Assembly: GCA_951406725.2 (NCBI GenBank)
Contig: OX597817.1
Coordinates: 122,574,001 to 122,638,000 of the forward strand
DNA from: Octopus vulgaris
Taxonomy: Eukaryota
Length of the DNA: 64,000 nt
Reading direction: 5' to 3'
Every line of letters starts with the position of its first letter. Position 1 is the first letter of the stretch. Shown here piece by piece: positions 43,140 through 56,862 of this stretch. Below the pieces are notes generated by a model. It worked only from the letters and a program-made list of their open reading frames with translations, did not search any database and was not told the DNA's origin. The position numbers were made by a program, and so were the translations under genes.

Positions 43140-43510
43140 ATATTTAGAACAGCAGAAAGATCGGGTGAGTGAACACAGGTGGACAGAAAAAGTGCTTCAT
43201 GGATACACTTAAAAACTCATTGAAAAATTTTGAGATCAACTACGACACCAGGGAAATCGAAGCACAGGACTGCCCTGCTTGGCGAAGCTACACCAACGGA
43301 GGTGTCACCTCCTATCAAGGATTGCAGGAACACATAGAAAATGCAAAATGCCTAGGTCCAGTGCTAAGTCTTTGAACTTCAGTACGAGGAGACCACCAGC
43401 GCCCAATCTGTAGCAGAATCTTCCAAGCATATATCGAACTAATCAACCACAACCAGATACACCATGACCCATTTTATATTCCCATTTGATGTCCTTGATC
43501 TCCATTGACA
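43140..43510 (+). mobile_element. RTE (BovB-like) 3' fragment
   Basis: GGQKKCFMDTLKNSLKNFEI...AQDCPAWRS matches the RTE C-terminal pattern. Confidence 0.75.
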
Positions 43511-43622
43511 ACAATGGTTAGATTAAAAAAAGAAAACAGAAGAAAAACAGTAGATAAGATTTCGTTTTCGGATTTGGTTTGCAAGATTCTTTATGTGAGT
43601 TTGTGTGTTGAAGCATATTCTG

Positions 43623-43911
43623 TTGTGTCTGTGGGAAAGTCATCCTCTTTTAGTACCTTATAATTTAACACACTCACCGGTAAAATTTCCACTTATTTCC
43701 TTCTTTATTTTTCTAAAATTTTCGTTGCGTCTTGCAACCTTTTCAATAGTTTTGACTTATTTCCTTAATTTTTCTAAAATTTTCGCTGCGTCTTGCAACA
43801 GCCTTTTCAATAGTTTTGACTGTCAAATAAAGAAGGAAATAAGTGGAAATTTTACCGGTGAGTGTGTTAAATTATAAGGCACTAAACGAGGATGACTCTC
43901 CCCAGACACAA
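43623..43911. repeat. Inverted repeat with arms of about 87 bp (43623-43710 / 43825-43911)
   Basis: ttataatttaacacactcaccggtaaaatttccacttatttccttctttattt recurs reverse-complemented; the spacer holds a direct repeat. Confidence 0.85.
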
Positions 43912-43984
43912 GAGTAGATAAGCTGGCTTATGCTATTTGCTCTGGCGCTTTGCATTCTAGGTTCATAGGTGGAAGACCTAATCC

Positions 43985-44400
43985 TTTTATTCTTTTACTT
44001 GTTTCAATCATTTGACTACAGCCATGCTGGAGCACCTCCTTTACTTGAACAAATCGAACCCAGGACTTATTCTTTGTAAGCTTAGTACTTATTCTATCGG
44101 TCTCTTTTGCTGAACTGCTAAGTTACGGGGACGTAAACACACCAGCATCAGTTGTCAAGCGATAGTTGTGGGACAAACACTGACACACAACTACATACAT
44201 ACATACATACATAAATACATATAAATATATATATATACGATGGGCTTTTTTTAGTTTCTGTCTACCAAATCCACTCACAAGGTTTTGGTCGTCCCAAGGC
44301 CATAGTAGAAGACACTCGCCCAAGATTCCATGCAGTGGGACGGAACCCAGAACCATGAGATTGGGAAGCAAGCTTCGTACTACTCAGCCACTCATGTGCC
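43985..44400 (-). mobile_element. Full-length SINE family A
   Basis: Reverse complement of the 5415 copy. Confidence 0.85.
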
Positions 44401-46140
44401 TTTTGTTTGGAATCTATATTTCTGTTAAAAATACACTGACTTTGTTTCAATTAATTTGGATTATAATGAAGAATTTAGTGAAATACATGTCAGAGCTAGG
44501 CAAAATGCTTAGCAGTATTTCGTCTGACGCTACATTCTGAGTTCAAATTCTGCTGAGATCAACTCTGCCTTTCATCCTTTTGGAGCTGATAAATGAAGTA
44601 CCAGTTACGCACTGGGGTTGATGTAATTTATTGTTCCACTCCCCACAAAAATCCAGGCCTTGTGCCTAGAGTAGAAAGGATTATTAAACTGGTTTTTAAG
44701 TGGCAAGTTAGAAGAATCATTTGCATGCTGGACAAAATGGTCAGTGGCATTTCCTTCAGCTCTATGTTCTGAGTTCAAATTTCCCCGATATCGACTTTGC
44801 CTTTCACCTTTATGAGGTGAGTAAAATAAGTTGCAGCAGAGATGAGATGACATAGGACCGAAATACCTGGTGCCTTGCTATACTCAAGAAGACCTGTCCC
44901 CTACAGCAGAAGTGTTAAGGCTGCATCCCCTGGTGAACAAGATTGGCTTGCAAGAGTCTTGTGGTGGTGCCATGTGAAGGAAGCACTCATAACAGTGCCA
45001 TGTATAAGTGCTCATGCCAGTACCATAGTAAAAGCAACTAGTACACATTGTAAATGGTTGGTGGTAGAAACCAAATCAAATCAGATGGGAATCTGTTGCA
45101 GCTCTCCAGCTTGCCAGATCTGGTCAAACATTCCAGCCTATGCCAGTATGGAAAACGGATTTTAAAGGATGATGATGATGATGATGAAGGTGATGCTAAT
45201 AATGAGCAATGGGACTGATGCTGTTGACTGGGCTTCTCCACCAAAATTTCAAGCCTTGTGCTTATAGTTGAAAGAAGTAATCTTGTATTTGGGAAATATT
45301 TCATTTAGATCCCTTTAAAAAGGGCTGTTTGTATCATAGAGACAGCGACAGTCTCAGGGACTATTAACCACTGAAACTATTTACAATCCTTTGGTAACTT
45401 AAATGGAGTTCATTCTGTTGCAAGCATTTAAGCCAGGTCTCTGGTTTATGGATAAATTCTTCATTTGCTCCCATCAGTGATGAAAATCATGGGAAAATTT
45501 AGGCAGAGTCATGGATGCTATTTTTCTCTCAATGACTAAAATGGCGAAGAAGTAAAAATAAAAATGGTTGTGTTATTACAAAATACACTAAGAGTACATC
45601 AAACATGCATCATCATCATCATCATCGTTTAACATTCATTTTCCATGCTAGCATGGGTTGGATGATTTGACTGTGGTCTGCAGAGCTAGCTGCACCAGGA
45701 TCCAATCTGATTTGGTACAGTTTCTACAGCTCGATACCAACCACTCAGAGTATAGTGGGTGCTTTTTACATGCCACCAGCTTAATAGCTTGTCAGGCGGA
45801 CCTGGCATTAGCCATGTTCGGATGGTGGTTTTTTTACGTGCCACCAGCACAGGAGCCAGTCAGGTGGACCTGGCGTCGATCATGTTTGGATAGGGCTTTT
45901 TATGTGCCACCAGCACAGGAGCTACTCAGATGCAGTAAGCTGAAATCTTCAGTGAATTATATTTATTGTATATCTATATACATATGTATGTATGTATATG
46001 TATATATAAGTTCAGTAAAATTTAGATTTGGATGAATATGGTAATTAAGTTGAAGACACCAGAATTTCGTATGGTATTATCCATATAATTTAAAATAAGG
46101 TGATTATAATCAAAATAAGCAACAAGGATATCCAGAAGTA

Positions 46141-46229
46141 ATGCAGTACGATCGTTTCATGCAACTCCATTTAATTGAACAATGCAAACATTACATCAAT
46201 TTAAAATGTAGAGCAATGTTCAGCTACAT
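46141..46229 (-). ncRNA. Hammerhead-like motif with G8C change
   Basis: Minus strand: atgtag CTGAACA ttgc...tgcat GAAA CGATCG TA ctgcat. Confidence 0.6.
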
Positions 46230-47700
46230 AAAAATATAGAATTTAGTCAAATTCGAAGGACTCATTTGTCTAATTTTATCCAAAATCACCAAGAGGATAA
46301 GGAGAAAGACAAAGAACATGTTTTACCAACAACATCACAGTTGTAACTGAGATTTTTCAAAAAAGACACTGCTTAACACTGATTATTTCTGTTATTTAGA
46401 TTTACTAATGGGGGGGGGGGGTCAGTTTTAATTTATAAGCTAGTTTATCAAATCTAAGAGAAGACAGAGTGTAGTATCATTTATGGATAGGGCAAAATAG
46501 ATAGACAATTTAAGTTGCATAGTCATAAATCAAGATTTCTTTCAAACAAAGCCATTTGATTCAGTAAGAATATACTTCAGACAAGATGTTAGCTGCTATT
46601 TTGTTGACCAATGCTTACGGGACAGGGAGAATCTTTTTGTATAGTAGCAGTGCATTTACCTATTATAAAACAATGTTATTTGCATATACACAGATACATT
46701 TTAGAGTTAATCTAAAGAATACTAAGAAGAATATTTTTGAATTCTTTCAGTATATATCAAAAATTTTACACAATAGAGGGACAGAAAATATAGAAATAGT
46801 TCCATATTTATATATTTAAATACTAACTTAACATATATTTATAATTATTTATTAAATGGTATTTATTGGTATAAATAAAGGAAAATTAAGGTAAAGGAAT
46901 ATGTTAAAATTTATATATTAATTATTTACAATTTTAGTTTAATTATACTTCTTTTATTTTAAATAGTGAATATACCAAGCTGAGTATGAAATTTATAGAG
47001 ATACATGATATAGAGAGTAATTTTGTAAATAAATAAATAAGAGCTAGTTTTAAAATAAAATAAAAAAAAAAAAAATTATAATCATTTGTAGAACATTATA
47101 GAAAAGGGGTAAAATGGTTTATATACCAAAACTATGGTATGGTATATTTAGCTTATTTACATCAATAGGTAAGATAATTTATTAGAAAAAATTTAATAAT
47201 TCAAAATGTTAGACTAAAAATTATGTTTACTTGTCATGAAAATATCTATAAAAGACTGATGTTTTATGTTGGGTAAAGAAATAATTAAGTTATGGAACAA
47301 AAATTTTATTAACTAATCTTTTTATAAAATTAAGGGTTATATTATAGGTTTAAGAAATTGTTATTATTAAACCTTACATGATATTTATATTTTCTAATTG
47401 TTACTTATTTAGAAATGCTATTTATATAAAGGTATTTATACATACTAAGATCAATAGGGTAGAGCTATTTTAGAGAAAGAGAAATCAGGTAATTCCTTCA
47501 AAAACTTTTTAAACAATGTTATCATGCTGTATAAGGTTATAAAATATTAATTAGGGTAATTTAGAAGATTATTTAGAGTGAGACTTTTAACAAACAGGAT
47601 ACCACTATTGACTTGTATACCAAAATCCTTTAACTACAATGGAAGGGAGAAAGGATATATTATCTAGGTGGATATTGTAGTGGCTCTCAGTTGTGTTGCA
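46230..47700 (-). pseudogene. Possible very decayed AT-rich PLE body upstream of the 46141 hammerhead
   Basis: Position relative to the HHR plus faint motif traces (ISYS-like near 46985). No continuous frame. Confidence 0.25.
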
Positions 47701-48489
47701 GGTTACAGCTAACCTCATCAACTAGTATATAATGTCTTTGACCTTTGAACATTAGGCCTCACAGTGGGCAATAAGAGGAGACTGAGACCTTTAGAGATAT
47801 GCAATAATTGAGAAGACTCGGAAACTGAAGTGAGATCACAGCCATATTCAATGCCAGATTTGCATGTCCAGCCCATTTAAAAGTACCCATGATGCGTTGG
47901 GCAATATGATATGCTTGAGAAGACTTGTTGAGTCAAGTAAAACCAAAATCATGGCTGTGGCCATTGCTCTCTGACTAACTACTGTACTGGTGGCACATAA
48001 AAAGCACCATCCGAATGTGGCTGATGCCAGTGCCACCTAACTGGTTCCCATGCCGGTGGCATGTAAAAAGCACTATCTGAATGTGATCAAAGCCAGGCCC
48101 ATCTGACATGCTCCTAAGCTGGTGACATGTAAAAAGCACCCACTACACTCTCGGAGTGTTTGGCATTAGGAAGGACATCCGGCTGTAGAAACAGTGCAAG
48201 ATCAGATTGGAGCCTGGTGCAGCCACTGGTTTTTCAGACCTCAGTCAAACCTTACAAACCATGCCAGCATTGAAAACGGACGTTAAACGATGATGATGAT
48301 GATGATGATACACACATAAATAATACATATATATATAAAGATATATAATAAGTGAACACAGGAGGTTTTATGCCTATGTATTGTGAGAATATGGTTGCAT
48401 GTATTTTTTATTTCTTATCTTTTATATTTTTCCAACCTATTAGAATAACTTCTCCTTTATTCAATGCTTTTTTGATAGTGTTTATTGCC

Positions 48490-48552
48490 ATAATAGCCGA
48501 TGAGAATGCATCGTAGTTCTAAGCTCTGGCATTTGAAACTGAGTTCTATTAT
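48490..48552 (+). ncRNA. Type I hammerhead, CCGAUGA core variant
   Basis: ataatag CCGATGA gaatgc...gcattt GAAA ctgag TT ctattat; 7-bp stem I. Confidence 0.7.
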
Positions 48553-48579
48553 AACAATGTACTGATTGTCCTCAACTAT

Positions 48580-48651
<72 letters not shown>

Positions 48652-48757
48652 GCCTGCTCACTTAGCCAGCGAGGTGGCGTCATTTGAAGGCTAAAACAAT
48701 GCGAAGCGGTTTGTGACCAGCTATGTGTAGCAACATCTGATAGCTTGGTCAGTCACA

Positions 48758-48817
<60 letters not shown>

Positions 48818-49786
48818 CACACATACATACATGACATGCTTCTTTCAGTTTCTGTCTACCAAATCCACTCACAAGTCTTTGGTTGGCCCCAGGCTATAAC
48901 AGAAGATGCTTGCCCAAGATACCATGCAATGAGACTGAACCCAGAACCATGTGGTTGGGAAGCTAACTTTTTACCACACAGTCATGCTTGTTCCTCTATC
49001 TTGGTCTCTCTCATATCTATATACATATGTATATACATACATATATACATACACACATACATATATTTATATGTATCTAACTATATATATATATATATAT
49101 AAAATTTATGAGAGAGACAGATGATGGATGATACAAAAATGTTTATTGATCACCACAGTTGTTTTAATCCAACTAGCATCAATTCCTCATGGGTGGGCTA
49201 CTGAGCATTTGGTATAGGTGTTTCCATTGGTGTAGATGTGTCTCCTTAGGTGATAAAATGTATCTCATTATAATAACGTCTGTTCCGCAAGATTTCTTCT
49301 CAGTATATGTATACAAAAAGCAGCAAATTAAGGAATACAGCTTCATTATTATAGAAGATCGATAACAAATATCAGATGCAAAAAGAAACAAATACATTAT
49401 ATAGAGAAAAAAAAAGATTTAGATACAACATTTAGTAGATATGGATGTACAAATAATACCCTTGCTTACATTGTCTAGCACATATGCACTCACTTGTACA
49501 AACTTACATGAAGATATGATTATATGCAGACATGTGGTTTAGCAGACATATTTTCACGCAGCAAATTAAATAGATATTAATAAATTCAGTGACTAAAAGT
49601 GGCTAGTGATACAACACCGCTTGCTGAGGAGTCATAGATTCTGTGGTGGTGTTCACTAGGTTTGGCTGATATACTTGTAGCACTTACAGAGTCATGAATA
49701 TGTATGTAAATACAGACATAGTGGATGTGTATTTTTTGTATGACCAGCTGATGAAATAACATATATATATATATATATATATCATC

Positions 49787-49822
<36 letters not shown>

Positions 49823-50336
49823 ATATATATATATATATGTGTGTGTGTGTATTCATACACATATATATATAAATATATACATATATAGATAGATAGAGAG
49901 TGAGATAAATAGATACAAGTTTATATATATAAATGCATATATGCATACAGACATACATAGTTACGTATGCACAGTCACACACACTTATACAAACATGCAC
50001 ACACACACACAAAACACGTACTGTGTACTTCTACTGAATTTTACCATTGTAGGGGAGGCAATTACATCTAGGTTATAATAAAGGTTAATTAAGTTGCGGA
50101 ATTTATATTGAAGAGTAAAGAGCATGGATATTTTATTACAATTTTCTTTTGCTCGTATATAATATAAAGTTCTTAAATCTTCTCGAGTCTAGTCATCATG
50201 TACAGCGCCATTTCATCCTTATTTAGAATCATCAGCACAGCATCACTCAAGACAAATAAATTACATTAAATTCAACATTCTATGATGTTTCTTCTAATTT
50301 TTCTGATTTAATTTAAATTTTTCAACTCTTCTGCAG

Positions 50337-50389
50337 TAGTGAAGAGAAAGAAAAAGGAATTTCGTATATGCAGGTTAAATTCTTGCAGG
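50337..50389 (+). other. Candidate small host exon
   Basis: Strong acceptor ttttcaactcttctgcAG and donor GTATGT; two frames are open. Confidence 0.25.
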
Positions 50390-51106
50390 GTATGTCTACC
50401 TTCAAACTTTGGACTTCATAGAGGCAATGACTAGTGACTGAGACCTTTGACAATATTCTATGTTTGGGAGGACCTGTCAAGCCTGGTGAAATTGTAGTTG
50501 TGGCTGATGCTGGTGTCACGTGGCCGGCACCTGTGCCAGTGGCACGTAAAATGCACCTGTTTCATCATTGGGCTACACAGAGACAAAGAGGGTGATGCTG
50601 GTGGCATGTGCAGAGCTCCTTTCGAAAGTTGGGCCTCAAGGAGTCAATGACCAAGACATTTAGCATTACATAATGTTGAAAGGAAGACACATCAACCAGT
50701 GGAAGATACCGGTGTCATGCAAATGGCCCCTGTGCCAGTGGAATGTATAAAACACCCATTATACTCTCCAAGTGATTGGTGCTAGGAAGGGCATCAAGCT
50801 GTAGAAACCATACCAAATCAGACTGGAGTCTGGTGCAGGCTTCCAGCTTGCCGGTCCTGGTCAAACCGTCCATCCCATCCCAGCATGGACAACGGACATA
50901 AATGATGATGTTGTTGATGATGATGATATACATATATGTATACATATGTCAATAAATATATATATATTTATCATAGTCAGTCAGTGGAGGGACTCCACTA
51001 CCTCGTATGTTCTTAAAATTTAAATCCACATCTTTGTCTATATATCTACCTTCTCTATAATGTTGCTACTTGATTTGAAAATTTTTGTATTAATGGAAAA
51101 CCTCTA

Positions 51107-51199
51107 TAATTGGCTGATGAGTACTCAGCATCTTAAATCTGTTGTAATACTTACAACATTTAATAAAATGATGTAGTACGAAACGATCGTACCAAATTA
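51107..51199 (+). ncRNA. Canonical type I hammerhead ribozyme
   Basis: ttgg CTGATGA gtact...agtac GAAA CGATCG TA ccaa; stem II extended by tgttgtaa/ttacaaca; predicted cleavage after 51191. Confidence 0.88.
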
Positions 51200-51444
51200 C
51201 CGGAGTCATTCTTGTTGCTTATTTTGATCATATATATATATATATATCATCATCATCGTTTAACGTCCGTTCTCCATGCTAGCATGGGTTGGACGGTTCG
51301 ACCGGGGATCTGGGAAGCCAGAAGGCTGCACCAGGCTCCAGTCTTATCTGGCAATGTTTCTACAGCTGGATGCCCTTCCTAACGCCAACCACTCCGTGAG
51401 TGTAGTGGGTGCTTTTTATGTGCCTGAAGAACTTATTCAAAATA

Positions 51445-51564
51445 TTCACCTGAAGAAACATATTTTACACCTTTGATGGATGATAGTGATTGCACAATAT
51501 GTTAATTATATCATCTCACCAATATACAACGGGTGTAATGACATGTGGAAACAATTGTAGCGAA
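51445..51564 (+). ncRNA. Type I hammerhead with long stem II
   Basis: ttcac CTGAAGA aacat..ttacacc..gatgata / tatcatc..ggtgtaa..atgtg GAAA CAATTG TA gcgaa. One mismatch in stem I and one at the base of stem II. Confidence 0.7.
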
Positions 51565-53038
51565 ATGGTCAAAAGAATGTTATTCAATCCATTTTTCCTT
51601 ATTCATTTCTTCATTTGCGTATATATATATATATTATACATACATACATACACACACAGGTGAGCACATGAGTGCAAAACAAGGTGGGAAAAGTAGTACC
51701 TGAATACAAAGATCTCACAATCTCACGTCGATATTAATCAGTTATTATCAATTAATTAATTAATTAATTAATTATTTCTGGACTTTCCCTCCCACTCTAA
51801 GCAAGTATTTTTTTTTTATCTTTTAATAATTATATTTGTATATACCTTCTTGGTAAATTTAAAACCCTCCCAAACACCAAGCTGGTAACGAATATTACAC
51901 CATTATGTTTTGAAAATCAACCACCCAATAAATTATGGATGCTTTTCATGTATTTGAATAACATTACATCACACTATATAACATGTACCATCACAACTTT
52001 AATTCAGTTTTCATCACAACCAGCTAACAAAAAGGAACACGAGACTGAGTGACAGTTTTTGTCATAATTGGCTAGCTTTAATTAAAGTATATACATAGTG
52101 GCTGTGTGGTAAGTAGCTTGTTTACCAACCACATGGTTCCGGGTTCAGTTCCACTGTGTGGCACCTTGGGTAAGTGTCTTCTACTATAGCCTCGGGCTGA
52201 CCAAAGCCTTGTGAGTGGATTTGGTAGACTGAAACTGAAAGAAGCCCGTCGTATATATGTATATATATATATATATATATATGCGTGTGTGTGTTTGTGT
52301 GTCTGTGTTTGTCCCCCTAGCATTGCTTGACAACCGATGCTGGTGTCAATTGTCTATGCTGGCATGGGTTGGATGGTTTGACTGTGCTGGCATGCTAAGG
52401 ATGCACCAGACTCCAGGAGATGACAAGAACTGGTATAATTAACGATTTACTGTGCTTGAGAAGACCAGGCCTTCTCAGAGAAAAAATGAGGGTCCTAACA
52501 GCACATCCTTTATATCAAGGCCATCCTACCCCCTACTGCATGCATCCAGCCTTCCTCTGTTAAGCATTTTCTACAGTTCTTTTTCTCAACGCCCATCCTT
52601 CAAGCACTCTTCTGACAATGGCATTATTTACTCAACTTCTATAATTATATTCTTCTTATTCTTTCATTCCTTTATTCTTTTACTTGTTTAAGTCAATTGA
52701 CTCTAATTATGTTTGATGTATTTTTGATGAGAAATTGAACCCCATTACATTTTTTTAAGCCTGGTACTTAGGCTATTGATCTCTTTGCTGAACCATTAGA
52801 TATGGGAACATAAACACACCAATACTGATTGTCAAGTAATGATGGGGAGACAAACAAAGACACACACACACACACACACACATACATACATACATATGAT
52901 GGGCTGCTTTCAGTTTCTGTTTACCAAATCAACTCACAAGGCATTGGTCAACCCGAGGCTAAAATAGAAGATACTTGCCCAAGGTTTCATGCAGAGGGAC
53001 TGAAGATGGAATCATGTGATTAGGAAGCAAGCTTCTTA

Positions 53039-53262
53039 TTTCTTTACTGGCCACAAGGGGCTAAACACAGAGGGGGACAAACAAGGACAGACAAACGGGT
53101 CAAGTCGATTATATCGACCCCAGTGCGTAACTGGTACTTATCTAATCGACCCCGAAAGGATGAAAGGCAAAGTCGACCTCGGCAGAATTTGAACTCAGAA
53201 CGTAAAGACAGATGAAATACTGCTAAGCATTTCGCCTGGCATGCTAACGATTCTGCCAGCTC
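53039..53262 (-). mobile_element. SINE family B nested in the head of a family A SINE
   Basis: 12-bp TSD gcaagcttctta at 53027-53038 and 53263-53274. Confidence 0.88.
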
Positions 53263-53670
53263 GCAAGCTTCTTACCACACAGCCTCGCCTGCACCTATGA
53301 TAGTAGAACTGCAGACATTTTGACCCCAATTTGTGGAACCACGTACACGTTTCCTTGGAAACACTTCCCACATTCTCACCCATCTTGCATTGTCAGTTTC
53401 ATCCTTTACGTCTTTATTTTCCACTGATCATCCCTTTTTCCTGAACACCCATTCATATTTGTCAACAACGTTCTCGCACCATCTTTGTTTAACCTCTGTA
53501 CCTCTGGCTTCCATCTCTGTCACTGTGCATCCCTCTTTCACTTATCCCAACACTTCAAACCATCTTGGTATTCCTCATCTGTCTATGGTTTTTATTGTAC
53601 TGTCACTCCTTTGCCTTCCCCTCACCAAACTCACTATTTGGCCACTGCAGCACTTTTGTTCCCCATTCAC

Positions 53671-53749
<79 letters not shown>

Positions 53750-54093
53750 GCATTCCCCTCTATCCTTATCTATACTGTAACCATCAATCACTCTCCTTAA
53801 TCTAGAAACCTGACCCCAATGTTTTCAAAACAGATGTCTCATCTAACAGTACTACCCAAGGTACCAGGTGATAGTGTTTAAACAGGGAGATATATTAAGT
53901 GTAATACCTAGGTAAGCTATGATAAGATTTGAACTTAGAAGGCAAAGTTGACCTCAGCCATCAAACAGCTTAGTCAAATGTCCAGATACATACATGTGTG
54001 CACAATTGGCATGCATGCAATTTTCCACTTTCATCTCTGCATTAACCTATATATTCATATTTGTATACGGGCGTATGTGTCCATATGTGTGTG

Positions 54094-54143
<50 letters not shown>

Positions 54144-54643
54144 AATAAATAAAATATATGCATACATACATACATATATATATATATATGTACGTACCTA
54201 CATCTATATGTATATAGACCTTCTTTTGCAGGAAGGATTGTTTCGACTGGATCGTGTTCTGTCCTTACTTTCGAAACACTCATTGAGTCGAACCAGAGAC
54301 AGCTACTTGTATTGTTTGTCTTGTACTCTGTTTTTTCGTTAAAAAAAGTCCGTTTCCTAGTTTGTTTTTATGTTTTCATTTCTTGTTGTGTTCTACGTTT
54401 ATTTGTGGTGTCCTGTACTCATATATATATATATATATATATATAGATGTAGGTACGTACATATATGTATGTATGTATGCATATATTTTATTTATTAAAT
54501 TATTATATGACTGAGCGCCCTCGCGTCGTTTCGTTTCTCCAAGTTTATATATATATATATATATAAAATAAATATTAGGGAATAAATCCAAATTTACAGG
54601 GAAAAATCAGATTTAGGATTGAATCCAATTTTATAGTAAAATA

Positions 54644-54942
54644 TATTATATTAAATTAGAAACAAAACCACTATTATGCAAATCAAACAAAGAAAGACTT
54701 AAGCCAATACATAAAATAATCTAATAAATTAAATTTAATTAAAATAACCACTACGATCGTTTCGTGTCAGCACTTCTATGAGACATTCTTCAGGTGGTTT
54801 CAAAACCTTCTTTGCAAGTTTTGCTGACACGAAATGATCGTAGTGGTTATTTTAATTAAATTTAATTTATTAGATTATTTTATGTATTGGCTTAAGTCTT
54901 TCTTTGTTTGATTTGCATAATAGTGGTTTTGTCTCTAATTTA

Positions 54943-54950
<8 letters not shown>
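54644..54950. mobile_element. Miniature PLE-derived fold-back (arms 54644-54772 / 54822-54950)
   Basis: Near-perfect 129-bp inverted arms overlapping a hammerhead; (TA)n nearby on both sides. Confidence 0.85.
54746..54799 (-). ncRNA. Type I hammerhead ribozyme
   Basis: Minus strand: aaccac CTGAAGA a tgtc...gaca c GAAA CGATCG TA gtggtt; 6-bp stem I. Confidence 0.82.
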
Positions 54951-54995
<45 letters not shown>

Positions 54996-55080
54996 GAATA
55001 TATACAAGTGATTACATTCATATATACATATGAGTGTGTATGCATATATATATATATATATACATACACACATATATGCA

Positions 55081-55128
<48 letters not shown>

Positions 55129-56321
55129 AATATATATGCAGACATATGCCTATACAGATGTGCATAATATATTCTTTTATTTATGTCTGCAAATATTTAT
55201 ACAAGCATCTATCTGTCTATCTACCTATCTGTTTATCTATTTATCTGTCTGTCTGTCAATCTGCTTATCTATCTCTTTATCTCTCTACATATGTATTTGA
55301 GTCTGAAACAGTTGTAGTGAAACTCAACCCATTTGTCTTCTTTCTTTATAGATATGCATATAAGTATATTGTACATACACACACACACACATATATATAT
55401 TCATATTTATATATATATATGTATGTATATATATATATATATACATATATATACAAGTACCTGTCTGTCAGTCTGTCTATCTATCTATCTATCTATATAC
55501 ACATGCACATATATGTATGTATGTATGTATGTATATATGTATTAGTCACTTGTATGTGTATTATGGGATTTGAATTGAGATATGATGCATTGCAGTAAGG
55601 AATGACATGTGTATTACAGGTTTGTAGTTGTTAGTAATGATGGTAGTATTGGTGATGGTAGTGGTGATAATGACAATGATAACAGTTATAGTAACGTTGC
55701 TGTTAATGAAGATGTCAATGACAATGGTTAAGGAGGAGATAAGATGATAATGATGATGATGGTGATGTCAACAATGACACTTTTATGATATATGCAAGTA
55801 TTTCAAATGTCAGCTAATTAGATTATGTTATACACAGAGATGTGCATGCATAATACACACACACACACACACACACGCACGCACACACACACAGACACAC
55901 ATAGACACGCACGCACACACACACACAGACAGACACACACGCGCGCACACACATCCATGTATGTATGCTTACATGATTATAAATATATGTACTGCGTATG
56001 TTTGTATATTTGTATCTGTACATATGTAGACACACACACACACACATGTATGCATAGATTTATAAAAAGACATACATATACACACACACACACACACCCA
56101 TATCCTATAAACATACACATATACGCACACACATATATCCATGTATGTATGTTTGCATGATTATAAACATATATGTACATTTCTATCTGTATGCATACAT
56201 ATAGATATAGAAACATACACATACGTGTGTGTGTGTGTGTGTGTGTATATATCTTTATCCTCGTACTTTTTCCTTGTCCTTTTTTTCCTCTGTCTTCCCT
56301 TCTCTGGATCTTTCCTTCTAT

Positions 56322-56356
56322 GTTTCCGACGAAGAGCTCCGCTCGAAACGTTAAAC
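56322..56356 (+). ncRNA. Minimal hammerhead, CCGACGA core variant
   Basis: gttt CCGACGA a gagc tcc gctc GAAA CG TT aaac; stem III reduced to the palindrome AACGTT. Confidence 0.7.
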
Positions 56357-56458
56357 CCTCCTTCTTTCCTGAGCGTCCAATAATACTATATTTGTTCCAC
56401 GTCCTCGCGTTGTTATGTTTTTTTGTGCTTTCTTGTTTGGATTAACTTTATATTTATA

Positions 56459-56858
56459 CTAGCAGTATCGCCCGGCGTTGCTCGGGTTTGTAAGGGAAAT
56501 AACTATAAAGCATTTTTAGAGAGTTATAGCCAAAAAATAGCAAAAAAATGCATTAAAAATGGAAAAAAATTATAGTAAATTTATTTTAAATCGTTGACTC
56601 ATCGTAGACATTTTTAGAGAGTTACTTCCCTTATATAATAGCAAAAATAATGCATTAAAATGAAAACAAATGATGGTAAATTATTTTTAAAATCGTAGAC
56701 TCATCGTAGACGCGCGCTAATACCCAGAAGGGCTCGATATGAATCACGACTATAAGATACCCGGTTTTGGTTAAACTGCACCGCAAAATGTGGGAGTAGT
56801 TAGGAATCTAAATCGTAGGAGACAGACACTCACACAACTTCACTTTTATATATATAGA
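56459..56858 (-). mobile_element. Non-autonomous Helitron, copy 1
   Basis: Minus strand starts TC(TA)n, ends with hairpin cccgagcaacgccggg then CTAG; sits between A and T. Confidence 0.85.
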
Positions 56859-56862
56859 TATA

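Noticed and set aside
46700-47600. Very AT-rich block resembling a mitochondrial insertion
   Set aside because: No recognisable mitochondrial gene motif; the adjacent HHR favours a decayed PLE.
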